In this document: piece after piece, positions 11,860 to 24,294 of the stretch
Layout: the number at the start of each line of letters is the position of its first letter
How positions within the stretch are numbered: the first letter of the stretch is position 1
NCBI RefSeq assembly: GCF_963921235.1
Contig: NC_086097.1
Location: 166,286,001-166,350,000 of the forward strand
Length of the DNA stretch: 64,000 nt
Source of the DNA: Mobula hypostoma
Lineage: Eukaryota
Direction of reading: 5' to 3'
Position numbers and translations under genes: made by a program
The notes under the pieces: model-generated
Databases searched by the model: none
What the model was told of the DNA's origin: nothing
What the model saw: only the letters and a program-made list of their open reading frames with translations

Positions 11860-14745
11860 CCCTGCCTCCCATATAAGCCCCCACCTTAAATTCCTCCATA
11901 TACCTGTGTAGTAGTCTCTTAAACTTCACTAGTGTATCTGCCTCCACCACTGACTCAGGCAGTGCATTCCACACATCAACAACTCTCTGAGTAAAAAACC
12001 TTCCTCTAGTATCACCCTTAAACTTCCCACCCCTTACCTTAAAGCCATGTCCTCTTGTATTCCCTGGGGAAGAGGCGCTGGCTATCCACTCTATCTATTC
12101 CTCTTATTATCTTGTTTCCTCTCATCCTCCTTCTCTCCAAAGAGAAAAGCCCTAGCTCCCTTAATCTCTGATCATAATGCATACTTTCTAAACCAGGCAG
12201 CATCCTGGTAAATTTCCTCTGTACCCTTTCCAATGCTTCCACATCCTTCCTATAGTCAGGTGACCAGAACTGGACACAGTACACCAAGTGTGGCCTAACC
12301 AGAGTTTTATAGAGCTGCATCATTACATCGCGACTCTTAAACTCTATCCCTCGATTTATGAAAGCTGACACCCCATAAGCTTTCTTAACTACCCTATCCA
12401 CCTGTGAGGCAACTTTCAGGGATCTGTGGACATGTACCCCGAGATCCCTCTGCTCCTCCACACTACCAAGTATCCTGCCATTTACTTTGTACTCTGCCTT
12501 GGAGTTTGTCCTTCCAAAGTGTACCACCTCACACTTCTCTGGGTTGAACTCCATCTGCTACTTCTCAGCCCACTTCTGCATCCTATCAATGTCTCTCTGC
12601 AATCTATGACAATCCTCTACATTATCTACAACACCACCAACCTTTGTGTCATCTGCAAACTTGCCAACCCATTCTTCTACCCCCACATCCAGGTCGTTAA
12701 TAAAAATCACGAAAAATAGAGGTCCCAGAACAGATCCTTGTGAGACACCACTAGTCACAATCCTCCAATCTTAATGTACTCCCTCCACCACCACCCTCTG
12801 CCTTCTGCAGGCAAGCCAATTCTGAATCCACCTGGCCAAACTTCCCTGGATCCCATGCCTTCTAACTTTCTGAATAAGCCTACCGTGTGGAACCTTGTCA
12901 AATGCCTTACTAAAATCCATATAGATCACATCCACTGCACTACCCTCATCTATATGCCTGGTCACCTCCTCAAAGAACTCTATCAGGCTTGTTAGACACG
13001 ATCTGCCCTTCACAAAGCCATGCTGACTGTACCTGATCAGACCATGATTCTCTAAATGCCTATAGATCCTATCTCTAAGAATCTTTTCCAACAGCTTTCC
13101 CACCACAGACGTAAGACTCACTGGTCTATAATTACCCGGACTACCCCTACTACCTTTTTTGAACAAGGGGACAACATTCGCCTCCCTCCAATCCTCCGGT
13201 ACCATTCCCGTGGACAACGAGGGCATAAAGATCCTAGCCAGAGGCTCAGCAATCTCTTCTCTCGCCTCGTGGAGCAGCCTGGGGAATATTCTGTCAGGCC
13301 CCGGGGATTTATCTGTCTTAATGTATTTTAACAACTCCAACACCTCCTCTCCCTTAATATCAACATGCTGCAGAACATCAACCTCACTCATATTGTCCTC
13401 ACCATCATCAAGTTCCCTCTCATTGGTGAATACCGAAGAGAAGTATTCATTGAGGACCTCGCTCACTTCCACAGCCTCCAGGCACATCTTCCCACCTTTA
13501 TATCTAATCGGTCCTACCTTCACTCCTGTCATCCTTTTTTTCTTCACATAATTGAAGAATGCCTTGGGGGTTTTCCTTTACCCTACTTGCCAAGGCCTTC
13601 TCATGCCCCCTTCTTGCTCTTCTCAGCCCTTTCTTAAGCTCCTTTCTTGCTTCCCTATATTCCTCAATAGACCCATCTGATCCTTGCTTCCTAAACCTCA
13701 TGTATGCTGCCTTCTTCCACCTGACTAGATTTTCCACCTCACTTGTCACCCATGGTTCCTTCAGCCTACCATTCTTTTCTTGCTCACCGGGACAAATTTA
13801 TCCCTAACATCCCGCAAGAGATCTCTAAACATCGACCACATGTCCATAGTACATTTTCCTGCAAAAACATCATCCCAATTCACACCCGCAAGTTCTAGCC
13901 TTATAGCCTCATAATTTGCCTTTCCCCAATTAAAAATTTTCCTGTGCTCTCTGATTCTATCCTTTTCCATGATAATGCTAAAGGCCAGGGAGCGGTGGTC
14001 ACTGTTCCCCAGATGCTCACCCACTGAGAGATCTGTGACCTGACCCAGTTCATTACCTAGTACTAGATCTAGTATGGCATTCCCCCTGGTTGGCCTGTCC
14101 ACATACTGTAACAGGAATCTGTCCTGGACACACTTAACAAACTCTGCCCCATCTTAACCCTTGGAACTAATCAGGTGCCAATCAATATTAGGGAAGTTAA
14201 AGTCACCCATGATAACAACCCTGTTATTTTTGCACCTTTCCAAAATCTGCCTCCCAATCTGCTCCTCAGTATCTCTGCTGCTACCAGGGGGCCTATAGAA
14301 TACCCCCAATAGAGTAACTGCTCCCTTCCTGTTCCTGACTTCCACTCATACTGACTCAAAAGAGGATCCTGCTACATTACCCACCCTTTCTGTAGCTGTA
14401 ATAGTATCCCTGACCAGTAATGTCACCCATCCTCCCCTTTTTCCGCCCTCCCTATCCCTTTTAAAGCACTGAAATCTGGGAATATTGAGAATCCATTCCT
14501 GCCCTGGTGCCAGCCAAGTCTCTGTAATGGCCACTACATCATAATTCCATGTATGTAACCAACCTCTCAGTTCATCACCTTTGTTCCTGATGCTTCTTGC
14601 ATTGAGGTACACACATTTCAGCCCTTCTACCTTACTGTCTTTACACCGTTTATTCTGCTTCTCTTTCCTCAAAGCCTCTCTATATGTTAGATCTGGCTTT
14701 ACTCCATGCACTTCTTTCACTGCTCTATCGCTCTAGGTCCCATCC
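11860..14745 (-). pseudogene. CR1 ORF2 (endonuclease-RT), disrupted
   Basis: Consecutive ORF pieces CVYLNARS, AITETWL, MGDFNFP, SDHR, NYRPVSLTS, DFSKAFDKV, QGSVLGP, FADDTK; split by several stops and frameshifts. Confidence 0.95.
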
Positions 14746-14760
14746 CCCTTGCAAATTAGT

Positions 14761-15696
14761 TTAAACCCTCCCGAACCACGCTAGCAAACTTACCTGCAAG
14801 GATATTGTTCCCCTCGAGTTCAGGTGCAACCCATCCAATCTGTACAGGTCCCACCATCCCCAGAAGAGATCCCAATGATCTAAAATTCTAAAACCCTGCT
14901 CCCTGCACCAACTCCTCAGCCACGCATTCAACTGCCATCTCCTCCAATTCTTACCATCACTGTCACGTAGCACTGGCAGCAATCCTGAGAACGCCACCCT
15001 TGAGGTCCTGTTCTTCAGCCTTCTGCCTAGTTCCCAAAACTCACACTTCAGGACCTCATCCTTCTTCCTGCCTATGTCGTTGGTCCCAACATGTATCACG
15101 ACTTCTGGTTGCTTTCCCTCTCGTACCAGGATGTCGTGCACCCGGTCAGAGACATCCCGGACCCTGGCACCCAGGAGGCAACAAACCATGTGGGTGTCCT
15201 TCTCACATCCACAAAATCTCCTGTTTGCTCCCCTGACTATAGAGTCTCCAATGACGACAGCTCTCCTCTTCTCCGTCCCACCCTTCTGCACCACAGGGTC
15301 AGACTCAGTGCCGGAGGCCCTGCCACCGTGGCTCACACCTGGTCGGTCGTCCCCGCCAACAGTATCCAGGACGGTAAACTTATTATTCAGGGGAATGGCC
15401 ACAGGGGTGCTCTGCACTACCTGTCTGCTCACCTTCGCTTTCCCCGCTCTGACTGTCACCCAACGACCTGCTTCCGACAGCCTAGGTGTGACTACCTCCC
15501 TGTAGCTCTCACCTATGACTGCCTCATTCTCCCTTATGAGTCGAAGGTCATCCAGCTGCTGCTCCAGATTCCTTACACGGTCTTCCAGATCGCCCAGCTG
15601 TATGCACTTCTGGCAGATGTGACTGTGCAGGAGAGGGGCGTTCCCCCAAGACTGCCACATCTCACATGAGAGGCACATCATCGTCTCAGGAGACAT
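14761..15696 (-). CDS. CR1 ORF1p: Zn finger, coiled coil, GDSL/SGNH esterase
   Basis: CLSC..CQKC; heptads LEDRVRNLEQQLDDLR; VVIGDSIVRG, HVGTND, DGLHLN. Likely start MSPETMMC at 15696; probable frameshift in the last ~15 codons. Confidence 0.9.
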   Translation of the reverse strand: MSPETMMCLSCEMWQSWGNAPLLHSHICQKCIQLGDLEDRVRNLEQQLDDLRLIRENEAVIGESYREVVTPRLSEAGRWVTVRAGKAKVSRQVVQSTPVAIPLNNKFTVLDTVGGDDRPGVSHGGRASGTESDPVVQKGGTEKRRAVVIGDSIVRGANRRFCGCEKDTHMVCCLLGARVRDVSDRVHDILVREGKQPEVVIHVGTNDIGRKKDEVLKCEFWELGRRLKNRTSRVAFSGLLPVLRDSDGKNWRRWQLNAWLRSWCREQGFRILDHWDLFWGWWDLYRLDGLHLNSRGTISLQVSLLAWFGRV

Positions 15697-16744
15697 TGTA
15701 AATACTAACTGGGAACAAGCTTGTCCTCCACCTCTTCTCGTCGAAGCCTCTCGAGTCAAATTCAGATAGTGGTTTAGAAGAAATAACTCAATATGAACCC
15801 GGCCCAAATCTTTTGTAGTTTAGCCCACATGATGGAACATGAAAGAATATATAACAAAAATGCATTAGTGGAATTGTACTTCTTAACTCTATTTAGTGCA
15901 CTTTTCCTTTAATGCTGTTTTTGGAAACTCAGACAGCATGAATATTGTAATGGATCAGATCTTGTGAAAAATAAACCAGATAAATTGTAGAAAGATTTAA
16001 TCATATTACTTCCACTAGCAACTGCAGAAAAATTATTGAGCCAATGAGTACTGCCTAGAACAAGATATGAACAGATGGGAATGTTCAGATCGCAATCTCT
16101 CAATGTATGCTGACTTGCACATTGCTGGCACTGTACTTTTCTCATACTCTTTTCCAGCATCTGCAGACTTTCTTGTGTTTCTGAATTGCTGCGCCACTGT
16201 AAAATCTCTTCAAGGGATGCCTACCCTCAAGATGTTTAAGTCTTCTTTTCAACAGAATTTCAGAGAGACCCTCTCTCACTGCCCCTCTCCCCCCATGATC
16301 TTTACTGTCCTCTGACTCTTTGATCATGTACTCACCCAGACTTGCTACGACAGCCATGTATCCTTCCTGGGAAATTGTCACCTTATCCTGGATCCCCTCT
16401 TCCTTCCCACTCCTATCAGATTCCTTCCTCTCCAGCCCTTTACCTTTCCTCCCTGCCACCTTCTTTCAAGATTTTCAAGGTATTCAAGATTGCGCCTGTG
16501 TACGTCTGAGACTCCCTGTGGAGCTGCAGGAAACTGAAATAGATAGATACTTTATTGATCCCAATGGAAATTACACTGTCACAGTTGCATTACAAGTGCA
16601 CAAATATTAGAAGTAAGAAAGAATAAAAAATAAGTTACCAGTTTTCCTCTTAAATATATCTCTTTTTTGCTGAGTACGCCTGCAGAAAAATAATCCCAGG
16701 GTTGTATGTGGTGACATGTATGTACTCTGATAATAACTTTCACC

Positions 16745-16875
16745 TTCAACTTTTATTCTGGCCTTTTCCCCATTCCTTTCCAGTCCTGAAAAAGGGTCTC
16801 GGCCTGAAACGTTGACTGTTTCCATAGATGCTGTCTGAATTGCTGAGTTTCTCCAGCATTTTGTGTGTGTTGCGT
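16745..16875 (+). mobile_element. Penelope-like element terminus with degenerate hammerhead ribozyme (16781-16818)
   Basis: CAGTC CTGAAAA AGGGTCTCGGCCT GAAA CGTT GACTG followed by gatgctgtctgaattgctgag; more Penelope-like debris at ~16130-16480. Confidence 0.7.
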
Positions 16876-18059
16876 GGTACTTTTTCTCCTGCTTATATTC
16901 CTTATCTTTTGCAAATTATATTGCTCATGATTTTCCTTCAGGTCACCCTCAATTGCTGGCTCAGATATATCCCACGTCTCTGATTCTCTTTACTCTCTTT
17001 CTGACACGACCTCCAGCCCCCATCCCCCCTCCACCCCCCACCCCCCACCTCGATCCCCATCTGTTTACCTCTCTCAAACTTGTTTTCCCTTACTTTCTCT
17101 CTGATACTTGACTGGTCACTTAACACAATTGAACTCTTTTACAAAGTGCTCCATTAGGCGTCAAGCACATCTTTCACAGTTTGCTAGTCTGTTGTCATGG
17201 TTTCCAGACTTTTTTGTTAAGGCCAAAAGTACATGGAGACAAGAATCACTGTCCTATTCAGCCATTCAGAAGAGACGATGGTAAATAAAAGATGAAGGGT
17301 TTTTGAAAAAAAGGGCTGCTCAGTTTTTTTTTGTTGAGATAAGAATAATTTATTCAAGATGGGGGGATTTCATGCAGAATATTTATGGCTGACTGAAATG
17401 AAGCTAAAAGAAATTGCATGATACACAAATGTTCCCAGAAGAAATGATTAAAGGTTTGAAAGCGAATCTTTATATTTCACATAGAAAACTGTAAAGTTTG
17501 TAGTCAGTACAAGAGCATTAAAGGAAAAGATTACTATCAGAAAACATGCCCCTCTACTCTTTGAGTGGGTGAAAATGTTTTTGTAGTATTTTTACAACAT
17601 AAGGAGGAATGATTTTCATTATTGTCCAGCCAGATGGCCAGACAGCATATTGTGGTGCAGATGTTCAGGTTAGGAGGGGAATGAGCTTGGAATGGAATAA
17701 CATCCCTTTAAAGTGAAGTGCGGTTGATTTTGCAGGCTAATGTTTCCATGATGACTTCACTGCTGCAGTGCAAATCTGGCTAGCATCTCTTGTTCTCCTC
17801 TCAATAGACTTCAAGTCATCTGAAACTCTTAGATTGCACCATATTTTCAAACATAGGGATCATCCAGCATGGCAATAGGTCCTTTGGCCTAACTGGTGCA
17901 TGCCAACAAAGATGCCCATCCAAGCGACCCGCATTTTCCCACATTTGGCCCATAACCTTCCAAACGTTTCCTGTCCACATATCTGTCCAATGGCTCTTTA
18001 GAATTTGGTTATTGTACCTGCCTCAATGTCTTCCAATGGCAGCTCATTCCACTCCCTGG

Positions 18060-18700
18060 GAGGCTACACTTTTTCTGGTGTGGCCTCCATTGTAGATTTG
18101 GGGGCCGCTTTGTCGAGCACCTTCACTCCATCCGCAACATGCAGGATATCCCGGTGGCTAACCATTTAAATCCACTTCCCATCATATTCTGACATACCAG
18201 TCCTCCACTGGCAGATGAGGTCACTCTCAGGTTGGAGTAGCATCACCTCATATTCTGTTTGGGTAACTTGACAGCATGTACATCAATTTCCCTAAATTCT
18301 GGTAATTTCTCCCCCTACTCCATTTCTTTTTCCATTCCCATACTGGCTCACCTTTACCCATTCTCTTCTTCTCACCTGCCTATCACCTCTCCCTAGTGCC
18401 TCTCCTCCTTCCCTTTCTCACATGGTCCACTCTCCTCTTCTATCAGATCCCTACTTCTTCACCCCTTTTAACTTTTCCAGCTATCACCTCTCAGCTTTTC
18501 ACTTCACCACCCTCATCTACTGGACTCCATCTCACACCTTCTAGCTTGTACTGCTTTCCCTCCCTCACCTTCTTATTCTGGCTTCTACCTCCTTCGTCGT
18601 CAGTCCTGATTGAAGGTCTTGGTCAAAATGTCGACTGTTTATTCACCCACCATGGATGCTGTCTGACCTGCTGAGTCTTCCAGCACTTTTTGTGTGTGTT
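18060..18700 (+). mobile_element. Penelope-like 3' part (GIY-YIG C-terminus, pyrimidine-rich UTR, terminal repeat) nested in a CR1 3' end
   Basis: RFVEHLHSIR..PVANH..; hammerhead-like motif at 18601-18637; homologous to 61910-62786; host CR1 pieces at ~17855-18050 and ~18710-18860. Confidence 0.8.
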
Positions 18701-18916
18701 ACTCTGAGTGGAAAAGTTGCCTCTTGGTTTCTATTAAATCTCTCCAGTCTCACTTCAGTTCTTTATTCCCCAACCCTGGAGAGAAAGACTGTGTGTGTTA
18801 AGCCCATCTATGCTTCCGTGTAAGATTATCCCTCATTTTCCCACACTCCAGTGAAAAAGTCCACAACTAGTCGACAACATAACCTGAATCATGGTGAACT
18901 CTGCCCATTCTGCTAT

Positions 18917-19362
18917 TGTAATGTGAACAAAGTCACATTCCAATAACACTGAAGGGCACTGAAGCTGATGGACATAGAAGTTTTTTATTCAACAAAGGCG
19001 AGCAGCAGGCATTATATTGAGACGCTTTTGGAGGAAAAGCCCCTTAATCCAATATTACATGACTTTTTTTATATGCCAAAGATCAAAGGTGACAATTCTA
19101 ATTACAATGTATCTATAATACTTCCTTTGAATTACATATAGTTCACACACACCTGTTTCTTTGCACCCACACTCCAAACACCCAAAATGAATGTTAATCA
19201 GCATTGTCTGGTTTGCAACCAACTCCAGTCGACAGCTCCAGGAAGACTACTGTTCAGGGCTGAATTTTAAATTCAATCTACAATTCACGCCCATGTCAGA
19301 GCATTGGTTGCGGGTAAAGTAAATATTTGCTATATACCCTAACTCCAGAATACGCCCTAACA
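18917..19362 (-). mobile_element. Solo LTR (446 bp)
   Basis: TG...CA termini, perfect 4-bp TSD CTAT (18913-18916/19363-19366); minus-strand TATAAA (~19070) upstream of AATAAA (~18985). Confidence 0.7.
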
Positions 19363-19864
19363 CTATCACTATCCACTTGCTCAGATTCTGGTTCTCTGCA
19401 CCTAGGAGCACAATCTCAAAGTCCAAGTGGTGACTAGGCTTCAGGCATCCTCGTATAGAGAGCCTACCCTCAGGAAGCCTTTGACAGCTTTGAAGAAATG
19501 GTCAACTGGGGGAGGGGTGAAGCTTTGAATCCTGTCAAAGCTGTGGGCCAATTTAAGGCTTTACACATGTTACTGATGTGCAGAAATATTTACAAACTAT
19601 TCAGCATGGTAAATAACAAAAAGTAATTAAGTTGCAAAAGAAATGTAAATTTAATAAGAAATATATAAAGTCACTCAACATATGAAACTAAAATAAGTTA
19701 ATTTGCACATCTTAAGGACTGGAGCTCCTATAGAAATCAATGGGATCATTGACACATGTAACTGGTTGGGGAGTTGCAATCTATTTCGAAAGCAGAGATA
19801 CGTACAATGGCAACATTTTCTCTGAGAAGTTGTAAGCATATTAATTAGTTTCGTTTCTCTCAAA

Positions 19865-21010
19865 ACTAATCAATAAGCTTCAAGACCTTAGCTTCACTAT
19901 TTCCTTGTGCAATTGGATCCTCAATTTCCTTGCTTGCAAACCCCAGACAGTTTGGATTGGCAACGTCTCCACAATTTCTGTCAGCACAGGTGCACAACAA
20001 GTGCACAACAAGGCTGTGTCCATATCCCCCTGCTCTACTTGCTTTACACTTATGGCTGTGTGGTTAAGTACAGCTCCAATGCCGTATTTAAGTTTGCTGC
20101 CATTGGTCGAATCAAAGGTGGTAACTAATCAGCCTATAGGAAGGAGACTGATAATTTGGTTGAGTGATGCCACAACATCTTCTCACCCAATGTCAACAAG
20201 ACCAAGGAGTTGATTATTGACTTCAGGAGGAGAAAACTGGAGGTCCATGAGCATCAGAGGATCAGAGGTGACAACTTTAAATTCCTTGGTGTTATCATTT
20301 CAGCAGACCTGTCCTGGGCCCAAAACTCAAGTGCAATTGTGAAGAAAGCATTGCAGTGCCTATACTTCCTTAGAAGTTTGTAAAGATTTGGCATGACATC
20401 TAAAACCTTCACAGAGTTCTATAGATGTGTAATGTAGAGGACATTGACTGGTAACATCATGACCTGGTACGGAAACAACAATGTCCTTGGTTGGAAAATC
20501 CTGCAAGTAGTGGATATGGCTCAGTCCATCCCATCATTGAGTACATATACACAAAGCAGTGTCACGGAAAAGCAGGAACATCATCAGGGACCTCCACCAC
20601 TCAGTGCACTCTCTCTTCTCGCTGCTGCCGTCAGGAAGGAGGTACCCACACCGCTAAGGTCAGAAACAGTTATTATCCCTCAACTATCAGGTTCTTCAGT
20701 CAGTGGGATAACTTCATTGAGCTTCCATCATTTCACTGTTCCTACAACCTATGGACTCACTTTCAACAACTCTTTATCTCATGCCCTTGATATTTATTGC
20801 TTACTTATTTATTATTATTATTTCATTTTTTGTATTTGCACAGTTTGTTGTCTTTTGCATATTGGTTGCTTGTCCATCCTGTTGGGTGTGGTCTTTCATT
20901 GATTCTATTATAGTTCTTGGATTTATTGAGCATGCCTGCAAGAAAACAAATCTCAAGGTTGTACATGTTGACATATACTGTATGTACCATTTCCTTTGAA
21001 CTTTGAACTG
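19865..21010 (+). mobile_element. Rex1/Babar-like LINE, 5'-truncated and decayed
   Basis: CNWILNFL..PQTV.IG, QGCV..PLLY, KFA; tail tttgaactttgaact. Confidence 0.8.
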
Positions 21011-21264
21011 TTAGCTTCCACAACTATTCTCTCCTTAAGTTTGTTGTGTAGTGGATAAAAAGAATGTTATTGACCATATCTAACTGGCCTTCAAAGAGAA
21101 AAAGGGAGGTGTCACACCTGGTACCCTCGATAATCCATGTAGTATGAGATTTTATGTTTTTGTATTTCTTTCAAAGGGCCAGACGTCCTCCCTAAACAAC
21201 AAGATACCAGCATAAAAGACTGCCACAGAGCTCTTGCAGAATGCTATAAGAGACCTCCAACCAT

Positions 21265-21800
21265 TAAGCTATGTGTAGATCTGCTCACCACATTTCAAAG
21301 AATGTGAAAGCTTTGGAGAGGGTGCAGAGGAGGTACTGCAGGACGTTGTCTGGATTAGAGACTACTAGCTATAAGGTGAAGTTGAATAAACTTGAATTGA
21401 TTTCTCTGGAGCATCAGAGATTGGAAACAACCTGATAGGAGTACATAAAATAAAGGCATAGATAGGTTAAATAGAGTCTTGTTCCCAAGATGGAAATATC
21501 GAATACTAGAGGGTATAGATTTAAAATGGGAGGGAAGAAGTTTAAAGGAGATTTACAAGGCAAGTTTATAATTTATAGAGTTGTAAGTGCCTACAACACA
21601 CTGCCAGGAAGTAGTGGAAGCAGATGCAATAGCAATGTTTAAGAGGGGTTTGCACCTGCACATGAACAAGCACGGAATGGAGGTATTATAAATCATAGGC
21701 AGACACATGAAATTAGTTTAAATTGGCATTGTGTTTGGCACAAACATCATGGGCCAAAATGTTGTTCTTGTGTCGGTCTGTTCTCTGTTCTGTGTTCCAT
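21265..21800 (+). mobile_element. Old CR1 3' end
   Basis: ALERVQRRY.. remnants and a ttctctgttctgtgttc tail. Confidence 0.7.
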
Positions 21801-22499
21801 TATTACAGCTGGCAATGCTTTCACAGAGTGACATGTGCAACACAGGGTGAGGTGCATTCTTACATTGAGTAGGAGATTAACTTGATTTTTAGCAGAGCCA
21901 ATAATCTTGTTGCAAAAGACACGGACCTGACGCTGAAAAGAGTTACGAGAACTGCAGCCATATCAGCATTTAACCTGAAGTGGAAAGTACACACAGGTTC
22001 ATTTGGATACCTGGTAATGAGCAGCTAGCCTTTACAAAGAGCAAAGGATTTCACTCCCTGTGTCAGCCTAGGTTATGATCACCAGCAATAGTTTACCCCT
22101 AAGCAATTCCAATCTTCCTACATTCTTCATCAGGAGCAATGTACCCTGGTTGCCTAGAGACAAGGGATATCCTCCATAGCCCATGCAGTTAATTCTCCAA
22201 GTACACTAGTGCAGATCTAAACCAACTGCAGACATAACTCAAGTACTGAGCAATCCTTTTCTGGCTTTGTAGTGTCCAAAATAGTATTGAAGGATGGATG
22301 GAACTGGCTACCAAGATGGTATTGATATATTTCTTCCCAACCAATCTACTATTGGCAGCAGGAGGAAAATAAAACCAATGAGCGGGAAGCTCCAGGGAGT
22401 GTACCTGCAACATTGAGCTACAGTGAATGCATTACGTCAAGATTCCACTTTCCATTGCTTCTCTCAAATGAATCCAGCACCCGCCCCCCCCCCGACTAT

Positions 22500-24080
22500 C
22501 AGAGTCATGGAGTAACTTTTGGCCCAATTGGTCCATGGTTTCCCCCCTACTAGTCCCAGTTGCCAGTGTTTGGCCCATAACCCTTCAAGCCTCTCCCCTC
22601 CATGTATCAATCCAAATATCTCTTAAATACTGCCATTGTACCCACCTTGTACATTTCCTCCGGCAGCTCATTCACTACTCTCCCCTCTGTGCAAAGAAAT
22701 AACCTCTCCGATCTCTTTTAAATTTCTCCCCACTTATCTTGTATTTGTGGCCTCTAGTTTTGTTCTTCCAACACTGGGGAGAAGACTATGACCATCCACT
22801 TTATAGTTCACGATATTATAACTTTCTATGAACCCCTCATTCTCCTGCACTTCAGGGAATAAAGATCAAATGTGGCTAACCTAACCCTATAACCTAGGCC
22901 CTCCAGTCCAGGCAGTATCCTCATACATCTCTTCTGCACCCTCCGGCTTACCAATTTTTTTGCTATAATAGTGTGAGCAAAACTGTACACAATATTCCAA
23001 GAGCAGTCTCACCAACAGTTTGTATAACTGCAAGATAATATCGCTACTCCTGAATTTGATGTCCTGACAGATGAAGGCCAGCTTGCTAAATGTCTTTCTC
23101 ACCACCCTGTCTACTCGCATGGCCACATTCCGAAAACTATGCACTTGTATTCCTGGCTCCCTCTGTTCCACAGCATTCATCAGCGCCCTGCATTCGCTGC
23201 ATAAGTCTTACCCTGAATTGACTGTCTAAAAAACATCATGACACTTATCTAAGTTGAAATCCATTTGTCATTTCTTAGCTCTTCTCCCTAACCAAACAAG
23301 ATCTACTTGTAGCCTGCTTCACTATGAACAAGACTCCATAATTTAATAATATCAGCAAACTTGCAAATCATGCTATGCTTATTTATAGCTAAATCATTTT
23401 GCATTAATAATGAATAACAAAGCTCCCAACACTAACCCCTGGGGCATTCCACTAGTCATAGGCCTGCAGAAGGAAGATTGACTTTCACCCAACACCCTCT
23501 GCTTCCTATCACTGAACCAACTCTGAATCCACCTTGCTCGCACCCCTGAATCCCATGGGCTTCCAGATCAGCCTGCTGTGTGGGACCTTGTCGAAGGCCT
23601 TACTAAAGATGAAACTGAGAACATCCTACCTTCATCTATCCTCTTAGTTACCTCTTCAAAAAAAACTCCACTAAACTTATCAGACCCACATGCAAAAAGC
23701 ATGCTGACTATTCCGAATCAAGCGCTGACTACCCAAGTGATGGTAGGCCTTGTCCCTCCCCTCAGAGTTCCCTCCAGCGACTTCCCAGTAACTGAAGCCA
23801 GGGTCACTGGTCTGTGCTTGCTACTTTTCTTCAACAATGGAACATTAGCCACCCTCCAGTGTTCTGGTGTGTCACCTAATGATGAAGAAAATGTCTTTAC
23901 GAGGGTCTCCATTTCTTCCCTGGCTCCCATAAAGTCCACTTGGTCCGGCTTTGAGGATTTGCACACCTCGATGCACTTCAAGGCTGCAAATACACCCTTC
24001 CTCATAGTATGCATGTGATTCAAGTCTTCACTACTTATTGCCCTCACTTCTCTGGCATCCGTGAGATTCTCCTGGTCTCT
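22500..24080 (-). mobile_element. Old CR1 ORF2 fragment
   Basis: ORFs 22887..23180 (LYKLLVRLLLEYCVQF) and 23718..24122 (PEHWRVANVPLLKK..RPVTLASV). Confidence 0.8.
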
Positions 24081-24294
24081 GATTGCTGTGATTATTTGGG
24101 CCAGCACTACCATACACTTCATTCAATATATGCCACCTGGTTAGTTTGGGATCTATTGGACTGGCTGCAGATTACTGTATCACAAAGGTACTTCAGAAAA
24201 TGCTGTAAAAGCTGAAGCAATTCAGACAGTGCCTCTAAAGGGAGAAACAGAGCTAATGTTTCAGGTCAGTGCCCTTCATCAGAATTACACAGAA

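Larger units (their letters stand above)
11800..15760 (-). mobile_element. Near full-length CR1 LINE
   Basis: ORF1, then ORF2 (APE endonuclease and RT), then 3' UTR with ttctat-type tail; possible short TSD ATTCA (11797-11801/15760-15764). Confidence 0.97.

Noticed and set aside
13056..15669. Plus-strand ORFs of 80-190 aa
   Set aside because: Antisense shadows of CR1 ORF1 and ORF2; the same applies to most short ORFs in the track.
22148..22160. RFX X-box-like motif GTTGCCTAGAGAC
   Set aside because: Imperfect single motif without promoter context; expected by chance.
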